A DNA stretch of 64,000 nt from Actinomycetota bacterium (GTDB taxonomy: Bacteria > Actinomycetota > UBA4738 > JBJMLN01), in the NCBI GenBank assembly GCA_045805285.1, contig JBJMLN010000080.1, forward strand, positions 17,705-81,704, written 5' to 3'. Below the pieces are notes generated by a model. That model saw only the letters and a list, made by a program, of their open reading frames with translations. It searched no databases and was not told the origin of the DNA. A program made the translations under genes and the position numbers. This document shows, one piece after another, positions 9,229 through 18,523 of this stretch; within the stretch, counting starts at the first letter, position 1, and every line of letters begins with the position of its first letter.

Positions 9229-9894
9229 TCAGGTGCTCGAGCTGCTGCTGGATCCGTCTCCCGCCACCGCCGAGGCGATCGTTCGAAGGTCGGCGATGAA
9301 CGCCTCCATCTCGCGCTCGCGCGATGCGTCGTCGGGCGCGCGCAGGATCGACGACGGATGCACTGTCGCAGTGACGAGCGGCGCCAGCGGAGACTCCACG
9401 AACTCGCCGCGATGCTGCGTCACACGGAACTGGCGGCCGATGATGGCTTGCGCGGCGGTCGCGCCGAGACACGCGAGCACCTCGGGTTGCACGACGTCGA
9501 GCTCCGCCTCGAGCCACGGGTGGCACGCGGCGATCTCCTCCGCGCTCGGCCGCTTGTGGATGCGGCGCTTTCCTCGCGGCGTCCACTTGAAGTGCTTGAC
9601 CGCGTTCGTGACGTACACGGCGTCGCGGTCGATGCCGGCCTCCTCCAGGGCCTCGTCGAGCAGACGACCGGCGGGACCCACGAACGGGCGGCCCTGGAGG
9701 TCCTCCCGGTCGCCGGGCTGCTCGCCGACCATCATGATCTCCGCGCCGGGGCGCCCCTCTCCGAACACGGTCTGCGTCGCGTTGCGGAACAGGTCGCATC
9801 CCTCGCAGTGGCGAGCGGCCTCCGCGAGAGCGGAGAGCGTGTGCTTTCCCGGAAGGAAGTCCGCGGCGGAGCGTTCGAGCGTCTTGCGAGGCAT
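9229..9894 (-). CDS. uracil-DNA glycosylase, family 4
   Basis: Family-4 motifs GEGRPGAEIMMVGEQPGDREDLQGRPFVGPAGRLLD and the HPSSILR C-terminal motif. N-terminal Cys residues (CEGCDL) are consistent with the Fe-S UDG4 type. Confidence 0.85.
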   Translation of the reverse strand: MPRKTLERSAADFLPGKHTLSALAEAARHCEGCDLFRNATQTVFGEGRPGAEIMMVGEQPGDREDLQGRPFVGPAGRLLDEALEEAGIDRDAVYVTNAVKHFKWTPRGKRRIHKRPSAEEIAACHPWLEAELDVVQPEVLACLGATAAQAIIGRQFRVTQHRGEFVESPLAPLVTATVHPSSILRAPDDASREREMEAFIADLRTIASAVAGDGSSSSSST

Positions 9895-9925
9895 CTCGCG
9901 ATCACCTCTACCCTTCGGAACGGCG

Positions 9926-10369
9926 ATGCAGACGTTCCTGCCGTATCCGAGCTTCGAGCGCGCCGCGCGCGTCCTCGATGTCCGCCGGCTCGGCAGGCAG
10001 CGGGTCGAGGCGCTGCAGGTGCTCCGAGCGCAGCACGTCCCGAACTACGGCTGGCGGCATCACCCCGCCGCGAAGATGTGGCGCAGCCACGACGAGGCGC
10101 TCGTCTCCTACGGCGTCACGATCTGCCGGGAGTGGATCCGCCGTGGTCATCGCGATACGGTGCTCGATCAGCTCGTCGGGCTCGCTCCTGACGGCGAGGT
10201 CCTGCCGCAGGCGGAGCTCCGGCGGCGCGGGCTCTTTCCGCCGTGGCTCGGCAACCGCGCGTTACACCGCTCGCACCAGTCCTCGCTCCTGCGCAAGGCG
10301 CCGGAGATCTACCGAGCCGCGTTCCCGAACGTGCCGGACGATCTCCCGTACGTCTGGCCGGAGCCGTGA
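9926..10369 (+). CDS. conserved hypothetical protein with DenV (pyrimidine-dimer glycosylase)-like N-terminal motif arrangement
   Basis: 147 aa starting MQTFLPYPSFERAARVLDVRRLGRQRVEALQVL…GWRHHP. The motif spacing resembles bacterial endonuclease-V-like (Pyr_excise) proteins, but identity is low. It lies 22 nt upstream of dnaE2 on the same strand. The name is tentative. Confidence 0.45.
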   Translation: MQTFLPYPSFERAARVLDVRRLGRQRVEALQVLRAQHVPNYGWRHHPAAKMWRSHDEALVSYGVTICREWIRRGHRDTVLDQLVGLAPDGEVLPQAELRRRGLFPPWLGNRALHRSHQSSLLRKAPEIYRAAFPNVPDDLPYVWPEP

Positions 10370-10391
10370 GGATGCACCGGCGCGCGACGGC

Positions 10392-13300
10392 ATGACGCTC
10401 TCGCACGGGTTCGTCCATCTCGATGTTCGCTCCTACTTCTCCGTGAAGGAGGGCGCGTTCTCTCCGGAAGAGCTCGCCGTCCGCGCCGCGAACGTCGGGA
10501 TGCCGGCGGTCGCGATGACGGACCGCAACGGTCTCTACGGTGCCGCGAGGTTCGTCCACGCATGCGAGAAGACGGGCGTTCGTCCGATCCTCGGCGCGAC
10601 ATTGACGATTCGCTCCGAGCGCGAGCCCGGCGCCGTCGAGTTCGAAGCGGCGGGTGGAGGGAGGGTCTCGCGTGGGCGTCGTCGAGGCGGCTCGGTCGTC
10701 CTTCCGCTCGGATCGGGACGACCGAACCGCGAGAGTCGTCCGAGCAGCCTGCGCGACGGCCCGGCCTCCATCACGATGATCGCGCAGGACGCCATCGGCT
10801 ACGCCAACCTCTGCCGGCTGATCACCGACGCGCACATGCTCGGCGAGCGTGGAGAGCCCTCCCTCGCGCCGGAGCAGCTGTGTGCCCACTCCACCGGCCT
10901 GGTGTGTCTCCTCGGGCCGTCGTCCCACGTCGGCCACCTCGCGAAGCGGGGTCGAACGCAGGACGCGCGCGCTGCTGCGGAGCCGTTCCGCAACGCGTTC
11001 GGCGACCGTCTCCACATCGCGGTGGAGAACCGGCTGGAGCGCGACTCCGCGGAGGAGATCCGCGCGCTGCTCCGGCTCGCGGAGGTCATGACGGTCAAGC
11101 CCGTCGCGACGAACCCCGTTCGCTACCTCGTCCGGGAGGACGCGTTCCTCGCCGACGCGCTCGAGTGCATGCGCGAGCTCGTTCCGCTGAACTCCAACAA
11201 CGTTACGCGGTCGAACGCGGAGGGTTACCTGAAGACCGCGCGGGAGATGCGCGCCCTGTTCGCCGAGCGGCCCGATCTCTGCGACGCCGCGCTCGAGGTC
11301 GCCGAGAGCTGCCGCTTCGACCTCGGCCTCCATCAGGTCCACTTTCCGGAGTTCCCGACGCCCGCGGGCCGTTCCGCCGGTTCGGTTCTCGCCGAACGCG
11401 CCTGGCGCGGCGTCGAGGACCGCCGCATGAAGCGGACGCCCGATCTCGAAGACCGCCTGAACCTCGAGCTCTCGATGATCCAGCGGATGGGCTACGCCGC
11501 GTACTTCCTGACCGTCGCGGACATCGTCCGAGACATCAAGGCGATGGGGATCCGCTGCGCGTGCCGAGGCTCCGCGGCGGGATCGCTCGTCTGCTACCTC
11601 ACCGGTATCTCCGACGTCGACGCTCTGCATCACGATCTCGTCTTCGAGCGCTTCATCAACCCGCTCAGAGAGGAGCTCCCCGACATCGACATCGACGTGG
11701 AGTCGGCGCGCCGCGAGGACGTCTACGACATGGTGCTCTCCCGCCACGGCGACGACCGCGCCGCCTGCGTCGCGATGGTGGACACCTATCGCGCGCGCGG
11801 CGCCGTTCGGGAGGTCGGCAAGGTGCTCGGCCTCCCGGAGCCGGAGGTCGACACGGTCGCGAAGGCGTTCCCGCACATCGGCGCGCACCATCTCCGCGAC
11901 GCGATCGCCTCCCTCCCCGAGCTCGCGGGCTCCAACATGAACGCGGGCCAGCTGGAGACGCTCTTCCGGGTCGCGGAGCGGCTGAACGGGTTCCCGCGCC
12001 ATCTCGCGCTCCATCCGTCCGGCATCGTGCTGTCCAAGGACGACCTCGTGACGCGGGTGCCGCTGGAGCGCTCCTTCCAGGGCTACCGCATGATCCAGGC
12101 CGACAAGGACGACGTGGAGCTCCTCGGCTATCTGAAGCTCGATGTCCTCGGCATCCGCATGCTCTCCACGATGCGCCACGCGCTCGACGAGATCGCGCGG
12201 ACGCAAGGGGAGAAGGTCGACCTCGACCGCATCCCGCTCGACGACGAGCCGACGTTCGAGCTGATCCGCTCCTCCGACACGCTCGGCTGCTTCCAGATCG
12301 AGTCGCCGGGGCAGCGGGAGCTCCTCCAGAAGCTCCAGCCGACGAAGTGGGAGGATCTCATCGTCGACATCTCCCTATTCCGGCCGGGGCCGGTGAAGTC
12401 CGACATGATCACGCCGTTCCTCCGCCGCCGCGCGGGGATGGAGCGCGCCACCTACGCGCACCCCAAGTTCCGCGACGCTCTCGGGGAGACGCACGGCGTC
12501 ATCGTCTACCACGAGCAGGTGATCCGGACGGTCGCCGCGGTGACCGGCTACGACCTGAGCGAGGCCGACCGCATCCGCCGCCACCTGAGCGACGACCTCG
12601 AGGTGGAGGAGCTCCACGCCGACTTCGTCCGCCGTGCCCGGAACGAGGGCCTCGGTTCCGAGGAGGCGGAGAAGATCTGGAAGGAGGTCTCCTCGTTCGC
12701 CTCCTTCGGGTTCTGCAAGGCGCACGCCGCCGCGTTCGCGGTTCCGACCTACCAGTCCGCGTACCTGAAGACGCACTACCCGGCGCAGTTCCTCGCGGGA
12801 GTCCTCACGCACGAGCCGGGGATGTATCCGCGGCGGCTGTTCCTGGAGGAGGCGCGCCTCCACGGCATCCCGGTGCTCCCGCTCGACGTCAACGAGAGCG
12901 AGGAGGACTACGTGGTCGAGCCGGTCGAGCCGGTCGACCCGGTCGACCCGGTCGACCCGAACGGCGACCCGAAAGGCTACAGGGACGTCTACGGCATCCG
13001 GCTCGCGCTCAAGGACGTCCACGGCATCTCGGGCGACGAGCGTCGCTCGATCCTCGAGGCCCGCGCCGACCGGCGGTTTTCCACGGTGGAGGACTTCAAT
13101 CGCCGGACGCGCGTTTCCCAGCCGGTGCTGGAGGCGATCGCGCACGCGGGAGGGTTCGACCGGCTCAAGCGTGAGCGCACGACGAGCCGCCGCGACCGGC
13201 TCTTCGAGGCGATGGCCGCGGAACCCTCCAGGGAGGGTGATCAGCTCGCGCTCGCCGTCCACGAGCCGGTGGAGACCTCGCTCCGCGACTACAGCGACGC

Positions 13301-13793
13301 GGAACGCGTCCGCGCGGAGCTCGAGGTCCTCGGCGTCGACGGCTCCCGCCACCTGATGACGTTCTTCGAGGGCTTGATGGAGGACCTCCACGTCGTTCGC
13401 TCCAAGGACCTCTGGCGGGAGCGGAGCGACACCTGGGTCATGGTCGCCGGCGTCAAAGTGGCCTCGCAGACGCCCGCGGTGCGGAGCGGCCAGCGCATCA
13501 TCTTCTTGACGCTCGACGACGCGACCGGGCCGGTCGACGTGACGGTGTTCGAACGCGTCCAGTCGAAGTGCGCGAAGACGGTGTTCTACTCCTTCGTCCT
13601 CGCGGTGTGGGGGAGGCTCCGGCGGACCGGCGTACGCGGTGTCAGTATCGCGGCGGAGGAGGTCTGGGACGTCGCGGCGCTCGACCGGGCGCGCCGCAGG
13701 GGAGAGCTCGACCGCGCGCTCTGCGCTCCACCGGCGCCGGGCCTCCCGCCGCGGAAGCTCTGGCACGCGAGCGGCGGCTCGGCGGGATGGTGA
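10392..13793 (+). CDS. dnaE2: error-prone DNA polymerase DnaE2 (ImuC), Pol III alpha paralog
   Basis: Pol III alpha homology along its whole length (PHP, palm, fingers; GSAAGSLV…, FESPGQ…, KAHAAAFA motifs). The PHP metal-binding histidines are degenerate (FVHLDVRSYFS versus HLHTHTEFS in the second DnaE at 47142). About 1133 aa with no tau-binding tail. Start ATG 10392 preferred to the R-rich track extension from 9978. Confidence 0.8.
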   Translation: MTLSHGFVHLDVRSYFSVKEGAFSPEELAVRAANVGMPAVAMTDRNGLYGAARFVHACEKTGVRPILGATLTIRSEREPGAVEFEAAGGGRVSRGRRRGGSVVLPLGSGRPNRESRPSSLRDGPASITMIAQDAIGYANLCRLITDAHMLGERGEPSLAPEQLCAHSTGLVCLLGPSSHVGHLAKRGRTQDARAAAEPFRNAFGDRLHIAVENRLERDSAEEIRALLRLAEVMTVKPVATNPVRYLVREDAFLADALECMRELVPLNSNNVTRSNAEGYLKTAREMRALFAERPDLCDAALEVAESCRFDLGLHQVHFPEFPTPAGRSAGSVLAERAWRGVEDRRMKRTPDLEDRLNLELSMIQRMGYAAYFLTVADIVRDIKAMGIRCACRGSAAGSLVCYLTGISDVDALHHDLVFERFINPLREELPDIDIDVESARREDVYDMVLSRHGDDRAACVAMVDTYRARGAVREVGKVLGLPEPEVDTVAKAFPHIGAHHLRDAIASLPELAGSNMNAGQLETLFRVAERLNGFPRHLALHPSGIVLSKDDLVTRVPLERSFQGYRMIQADKDDVELLGYLKLDVLGIRMLSTMRHALDEIARTQGEKVDLDRIPLDDEPTFELIRSSDTLGCFQIESPGQRELLQKLQPTKWEDLIVDISLFRPGPVKSDMITPFLRRRAGMERATYAHPKFRDALGETHGVIVYHEQVIRTVAAVTGYDLSEADRIRRHLSDDLEVEELHADFVRRARNEGLGSEEAEKIWKEVSSFASFGFCKAHAAAFAVPTYQSAYLKTHYPAQFLAGVLTHEPGMYPRRLFLEEARLHGIPVLPLDVNESEEDYVVEPVEPVDPVDPVDPNGDPKGYRDVYGIRLALKDVHGISGDERRSILEARADRRFSTVEDFNRRTRVSQPVLEAIAHAGGFDRLKRERTTSRRDRLFEAMAAEPSREGDQLALAVHEPVETSLRDYSDAERVRAELEVLGVDGSRHLMTFFEGLMEDLHVVRSKDLWRERSDTWVMVAGVKVASQTPAVRSGQRIIFLTLDDATGPVDVTVFERVQSKCAKTVFYSFVLAVWGRLRRTGVRGVSIAAEEVWDVAALDRARRRGELDRALCAPPAPGLPPRKLWHASGGSAGW
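12915..12959 (+). repeat. in-frame tandem 9-nt repeat (GTCGA[G/C]CCG)x5 inside dnaE2, encoding VEPVEPVDPVDPVDP
   Basis: Directly visible at 12915-12959: gtcgagccg gtcgagccg gtcgacccg gtcgacccg gtcgacccg. The repeat is in frame with dnaE2. Confidence 0.85.
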
Positions 13794-13797
13794 GGCG

Positions 13798-15108
13798 ATG
13801 CACAAACCCGACGTCCACGAGCCGATCCTCCACGTCGACCTCGACGCGTTCTACGCCTCCGTGGAGGTTCTGAAGGACCCGTCGCTCAAGGGCAAGCCCG
13901 TCGCCGTCGGAGGAGCGGGCAACCGCGGCGTCGTGATGTCGGCTTCCTACGAGGCACGGAAGTTCGGGATCACCTCCGCGATGCCCGCCGTTCGCGCGCG
14001 GCGTCTGTGTCCGAGCGTGATCTTCGTCCCGCCCGACTTCGAGTCCTACGTCGCGCACTCCAACCGGTTCCGCGAGGTGCTCCTTTCCTTCACCCCGATC
14101 GTGGAACCGATCTCGCTCGACGAGGCGTTCCTCGACGTCCGCGGCGCCGTCGGTCTCTTCGGGCCGCCGGAGGAGATCGGCGCGAAGATCCGCCGCGTCG
14201 TCCAGAGCGAGGTGGGTGTGATCTGTTCCGTCGGCGTCGCTCCGACGAAGCTCGTCGCGAAGCTCGCGTCCGACCAGGCGAAGCCCGACGGGCTCCTGCA
14301 CGTCCGGGCCGGGGAGATCCGGAGCTTCCTCGACCCGCTCCCGGTTCGCGCGCTCTGGGGCGTGGGGGAGAAGACCGTCGACGTCTTGGGCCGCCTCGGC
14401 ATCCGCACCGTGGAGGAGCTCGCGGCCGCTCCCGCCGGTGTGCTTTCCCGGATCCTGGGCGACAACGCGGCCGCGGGCCTCGCCGATCTCGCCGCCGGCG
14501 TCGACAGCCGTTCGGTCGTTCCCTACGAGGCGCCGAAGTCGATCAGCCACGAGGAGACGTTCGGCGTCGACATGGACGACGAGGAGCGCCTGCTCCGGGA
14601 GATCCTCGCGCTGTGTCACAAGGTCGGCTCGCGCCTCCGGGAGGACGGGTACCGCTGCCGGACCGTGGTGCTGAAGATCCGGCTCGCCAACTTCACGTCC
14701 CTGACGAGGTCGAGGACACTCGCCGATCCCACCGACCTCGCGTCGGATCTCTACCGGGTCGCATCGGAGCTCTACCGAGCCCTCCCGGGAGTCCGGCGCC
14801 GGATCCGGCTGTTGGGTGTGGCCGCGACGGGGCTCCAACCTGCGGGAACGCAGCAGCTCGCGCTCCTTCGCGGCGAGCGGTGGGGAGACATCGAGCGCGC
14901 GGTCGACCGGGCGGAGAAGCGCTTCGGCCGGGGAGCCGCGATGCCCGCGACGCTGCTCGAACGCGCAGGTCGCGACCGCATCGGCGCTCCGCCGCGGCCG
15001 AAAGGCGACGATCCGGGGGCGACGTCCGGTCGGAGAAGTGACGATCCGGCCGGGACATCCCGTCGGAGAAGTGACGAGCCGGACGCGAAGCCCGGTCACC
15101 GGAGATGA
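13798..15108 (+). CDS. dinB: DNA polymerase IV (DinB, Y-family), catalytically intact
   Basis: N-terminus ILHVDLDAFYASVE and SLDEAFLDV keep the catalytic D, D, E. The polymerase core is followed by an 80-90 aa low-complexity tail. Start ATG overlaps the dnaE2 stop region (TGAGGCGATG). Confidence 0.85.
   Translation: MHKPDVHEPILHVDLDAFYASVEVLKDPSLKGKPVAVGGAGNRGVVMSASYEARKFGITSAMPAVRARRLCPSVIFVPPDFESYVAHSNRFREVLLSFTPIVEPISLDEAFLDVRGAVGLFGPPEEIGAKIRRVVQSEVGVICSVGVAPTKLVAKLASDQAKPDGLLHVRAGEIRSFLDPLPVRALWGVGEKTVDVLGRLGIRTVEELAAAPAGVLSRILGDNAAAGLADLAAGVDSRSVVPYEAPKSISHEETFGVDMDDEERLLREILALCHKVGSRLREDGYRCRTVVLKIRLANFTSLTRSRTLADPTDLASDLYRVASELYRALPGVRRRIRLLGVAATGLQPAGTQQLALLRGERWGDIERAVDRAEKRFGRGAAMPATLLERAGRDRIGAPPRPKGDDPGATSGRRSDDPAGTSRRRSDEPDAKPGHRR
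15007..15072 (+). repeat. two (plus a degenerate third) tandem 33-nt repeats at the 3' end of dinB, encoding DDPGATSGRRS/DDPAGTSRRRS/DEPDAKPGHRR
   Basis: gacgatccgggggcgacgtccggtcggagaagt followed by gacgatccggccgggacatcccgtcggagaagt, then a diverged third unit running to the stop. Confidence 0.8.
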
Positions 15109-15153
15109 GGGTGTCCGTATAATCGGAGGCGCCGGCCCCCGAAGGTAGGAGCG

Positions 15154-15522
15154 ATGCCACTCTCCGATCACGAGCAGCGCATCCTCGAGGAGATCGAGAG
15201 ACGCCTGGCGGAGGAAGATCCGCGGCTGGTCGAACAGGTCTCTCGCACGTCGCTCTACACGCATCTCGCGCGCCGGATCCGGCTCGCCGCGTTCGCGTTC
15301 GTCGCGGGCTTCATCCTGTTGATGTTCGGGCTCGTCTCGACGCTCGTCGGGCTGATCGGTTTCGCGACGATGCTCTTCTCCGCGCTCCTCATCTATCGCT
15401 ATCTCAAGCGGATGGGTCAGGACCAGTTACGGTCGCTGCAACGCAGCGGTCGCTTCTCCCTCCCGGCGTTCCTCGCTCGTCTGTCCGGCCGTTTCCGCGG
15501 ACAGTCGGGTCCTCCTCAGTAG
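15154..15522 (+). CDS. DUF3040-family small membrane protein
   Basis: N-terminus MPLSDHEQRILEEIERRLAEEDPRL followed by two TM helices, the hallmark of DUF3040. Confidence 0.7.
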   Translation: MPLSDHEQRILEEIERRLAEEDPRLVEQVSRTSLYTHLARRIRLAAFAFVAGFILLMFGLVSTLVGLIGFATMLFSALLIYRYLKRMGQDQLRSLQRSGRFSLPAFLARLSGRFRGQSGPPQ

Positions 15523-15713
15523 CGCTGTCGCGTCGCGTCTGCGCAGACGGACGTTCGCGACCCGAGCGGACCTGCGCGCTTGCCACCCGCGCGATAGCGC
15601 GCTACAACATCCGTTCCTTCCCCTCGGGCGCGCCGGCCTACTTCGGACCACGCCAGCGATCGGTGCGTCGCGCCCGGGACATCGGACGAGGAGAGGTTCG
15701 AGGGGGAGCGTCC

Positions 15714-16205
15714 ATGGAAGGATTCACCGCGCATCAGGCGTCGAAGTTCACCGGATGCACCCCACGACAACTCCGCTACTGGGATTCGATCGGTCTCGTC
15801 CGTCCGTCGGTGCAGCAGACGGGCGGACGTCCGGGGGTTCCGCGGCTGTACTCGTTCCGGGATCTCGTCGCCCTGCGTGTGGTGAAGTCGCTCCTCGACG
15901 GCGGCATGTCGCTCCAGCGCGTCCGCCGCGCGTGGAGCTACCTCAACCGCCGGGCTGGCCTCGACAAGCATCTGTCGGAGGTCAAGCTCGTCACGGACGG
16001 CGTGAGCATCTTCAAGATCTGCCGCCGTGACGGCGAGGTGCTCGATGCGCTCCGGGAGGGTCAGCTCGCCTTCTTCGTCGCGATCGATGAGATCGCGTCG
16101 TCGATGCAGACCGGCGTCGCCCAGTACCAGGAGGACCGGGAGAAGTTCATCCGCACGCTCCGGCGGGCGGAGGGCGACGTCCGTGCCGAGGCGACGGCCC
16201 GCTAG
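15714..16205 (+). CDS. MerR-family transcriptional regulator
   Basis: HTH_MerR N-terminus (FTAHQASKFTGCTPRQLRYWDSIGLVRPS…YSFRDLVALRVVKSLLDGGMSL). Start chosen at MEGFTAH (ATG 15714). Confidence 0.7.
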   Translation: MEGFTAHQASKFTGCTPRQLRYWDSIGLVRPSVQQTGGRPGVPRLYSFRDLVALRVVKSLLDGGMSLQRVRRAWSYLNRRAGLDKHLSEVKLVTDGVSIFKICRRDGEVLDALREGQLAFFVAIDEIASSMQTGVAQYQEDREKFIRTLRRAEGDVRAEATAR

Positions 16206-16208
16206 CTT

Positions 16209-18523
16209 CTACAGCTCCGGCCGGTAGAGGCCTCGGATCCGCCGCACGAGGCCCACGCTTCGCCGGATGTCCCTGAGGGCCACCTTCGCGTCGCTCCGAA
16301 CGGCCCGGACGTCGGCGTCCGCCGGCTCGGCCTCGCCGTAGGCCGCGCGTTCCGCGGCCGCGCTCAGCCGCCCGAGATGGCCGTCGGACAGGCGCACGTT
16401 CGCCGCGATGCGCTCGCCGTACTCCTCGATCGTCTCTCCGTCGCTGCGGTGGAAGCCGAGGTCGGCGGCTCGCTCGGTGAAGGCCCGGTACTCCGCGAGG
16501 ACGGCGCCTCGGGCGGCGCGTGCCCGGCGGACGCGCAGGACCCTCGTGAGGATCCGCGTCGGCGGCGTCAGGACGAGCGCGAGGAGTCCGAGCAGAACCG
16601 CGATGCGCAACAGTGTCCGGAGCGGTACGCCGCGGCGAGGCTCGGACGTCGGCACCGGCACCGAGCCGCCCGACGCGTGTTTCGGGCCCAGGTTGTGTTT
16701 CCGCTGATGGCCACCGATCCCCTTTTCCTGGCCCTTTCCGCCGCCGTTCGCCCCTGCGGCACCGGCGCACCCGCGAGCCGTGCACCTCGCCGTCGAGGCG
16801 CTGAGATACGAGGCGTCGGCGACCGGATTGGAGATGCCCTTCGTGGGCTCGAACGCGATCCATCCGTAGCCGGGGAGGAGCACCTCCACCCACGCGTGGA
16901 GCTGCTCGGTCGTGACCGTGTAGACGTCCGGGTGCGCGGGGTCGAGGACGTTCCCCGGCCGGTAGCCGACGGCGACGCGGGCGGGGAGACCGAGCTCCCG
17001 GACGAGGACTGCCATGGATCCGGCGAACTGCTGGCACATCCCGGCGTGCGTCTTCGTGAGGAAGTCCACGAGGCTGTTCGGATCGGCGCTGTAGTCGGCG
17101 TGGAGGTTGTAGATGAACCGTTCGCTGCGGAGATAGTTCTGGATCGCGAGCGCCTGGTCGAACGGAGTCGTCGCTCCCGCCTCCTCGACGATTTCGTGTG
17201 CGAGCCGATCGAGGTACTGCGGAAGCGCGGACGGAAGGGAGACGTAGCGCGCCGGCGGCGGGGAGCTCCATTCGGCGACCGGCGGCACCTGCTCGAGGTC
17301 GTTCCGCGTCGGTTCGGAGACCTCCGACGTCACCGTGTACCGCGTCCCCGCGTCCACCGCGTGCGGGGCGAACGCCGTCACGAGATCGGCGTCGTAGCGG
17401 ATCGAGGACGGGAAGGAGACTCCCTGCGGCGCGAACGCCATCGGGAGCCACGTCTCGCCCTCGTGCATCGGCGACCGGACGGTGATCGTCTGCGTCACCG
17501 GCGGAACGAGGCCCATCGATCGCGTCGGCGTTCCCGGAAGCCCACCGGCGGGCTCACCGGGAAGCGCGAGCGCTCCCTCCGCGATCGCGGATCCGTCGGT
17601 CACCTTCGGGTCCGAGGTGTCCCACGTGGAGTGCGTCGCGTCGAATCGATCGAGGGAGAGCATCCGCCAGTACGACTGGATCGGCGACTCCACCGTGAAC
17701 AGCGTCTGCGGCTGCTTCTGCAAAAGCGTCGCCTGGATCGAGACGAACGGGTCGATGTGCGTCTCCCCGTTGCCGGAGTTGAGATCGACGAGGGGTCCCG
17801 CTCCGAATCCGGGAAGGAGCCCCGGAAGGAGCACCGCGGTTCCGATCGCGATGACGGCGACGCGCGTCGCTCCCCGGAAGGGGACCGAGCGCGAGCGGCC
17901 GCTCCGTCCCTCCCACTGCCAGATCGGTCCCCACAGGCGCAGACGCCTGACGCTGTCCGCGAGGAACGTCGCGAGCACTCCGAGCAGGAAGACGACCGCG
18001 AAGAAGGGTCGTCCGCTGTCGTCGAGGACGGTATCGGCGAAGCCGACCAGCGCGACCGCGGGGAGCATCGCGAGGATCGGGCTCCCCGCCCGGACGAGCA
18101 GCGCGTGGGCGGAGAATGCCGCCGCCCACATCGCGGTCACCGCCGCGAGGAACAGCGGCGGCAGCGCCGGCGTCGGGGAGACCTGGACCCGCGCCTGCTG
18201 GCGCACCAGTCCGATGGCGCGTCCGATGGCGGCGAACGTGCGCCCCGTCGGCACTCCCCAGAACGTCGTCTGCGGAAAGACCAGCAGCGAGATCGCCAGG
18301 ACGAAGAACACGGCGCTCGCGAGCGTGGCGACGAGGAGGTTCCGCCGTTCGAACGCCGTCGCGACCGCGGCCGAGGCGACCCCGGCGGCGGCGAGACGGA
18401 GGCTCGCGCCGCCGCCCGTGAACACACGCCCGAACCCGAGCGCGGTGGCGCTCAGGAGGAGCGACAGCGCCCCGAACGTCAGGAGCGACTGAGCGCGGGA
18501 CGCCGGCGCAGGTTCTGCTGCCA
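16209..18523 (-). CDS. transglutaminase-like membrane protein (DUF3488 N-terminal TM domain, TGase core, C-terminal DUF4129-like)
   Basis: Transglutaminase catalytic core GMCQQFAGSMAVLVRELGLPARVAVGY…HAWVEVLLPGYGWIAFEPT (Cys-His-Asp). N-terminal block has about 6 TM helices. Start ATG 18523 (MAAEPAPAS…) would overlap the upstream DUF58 gene by about 45 nt; a later start is possible. Confidence 0.75.

Noticed and set aside
9895-9925. Searched for a second LexA box in front of the denV-like-dnaE2-dinB operon and within the 5' end of the divergent UDG gene
   Set aside because: Only half-site-like fragments (GGAAC…, GTTCGAGC) were found, with no full GAAC-N4-GTTC palindrome. The operon may be LexA-independent, RecA-NDp type, or read from a promoter I cannot recognise.
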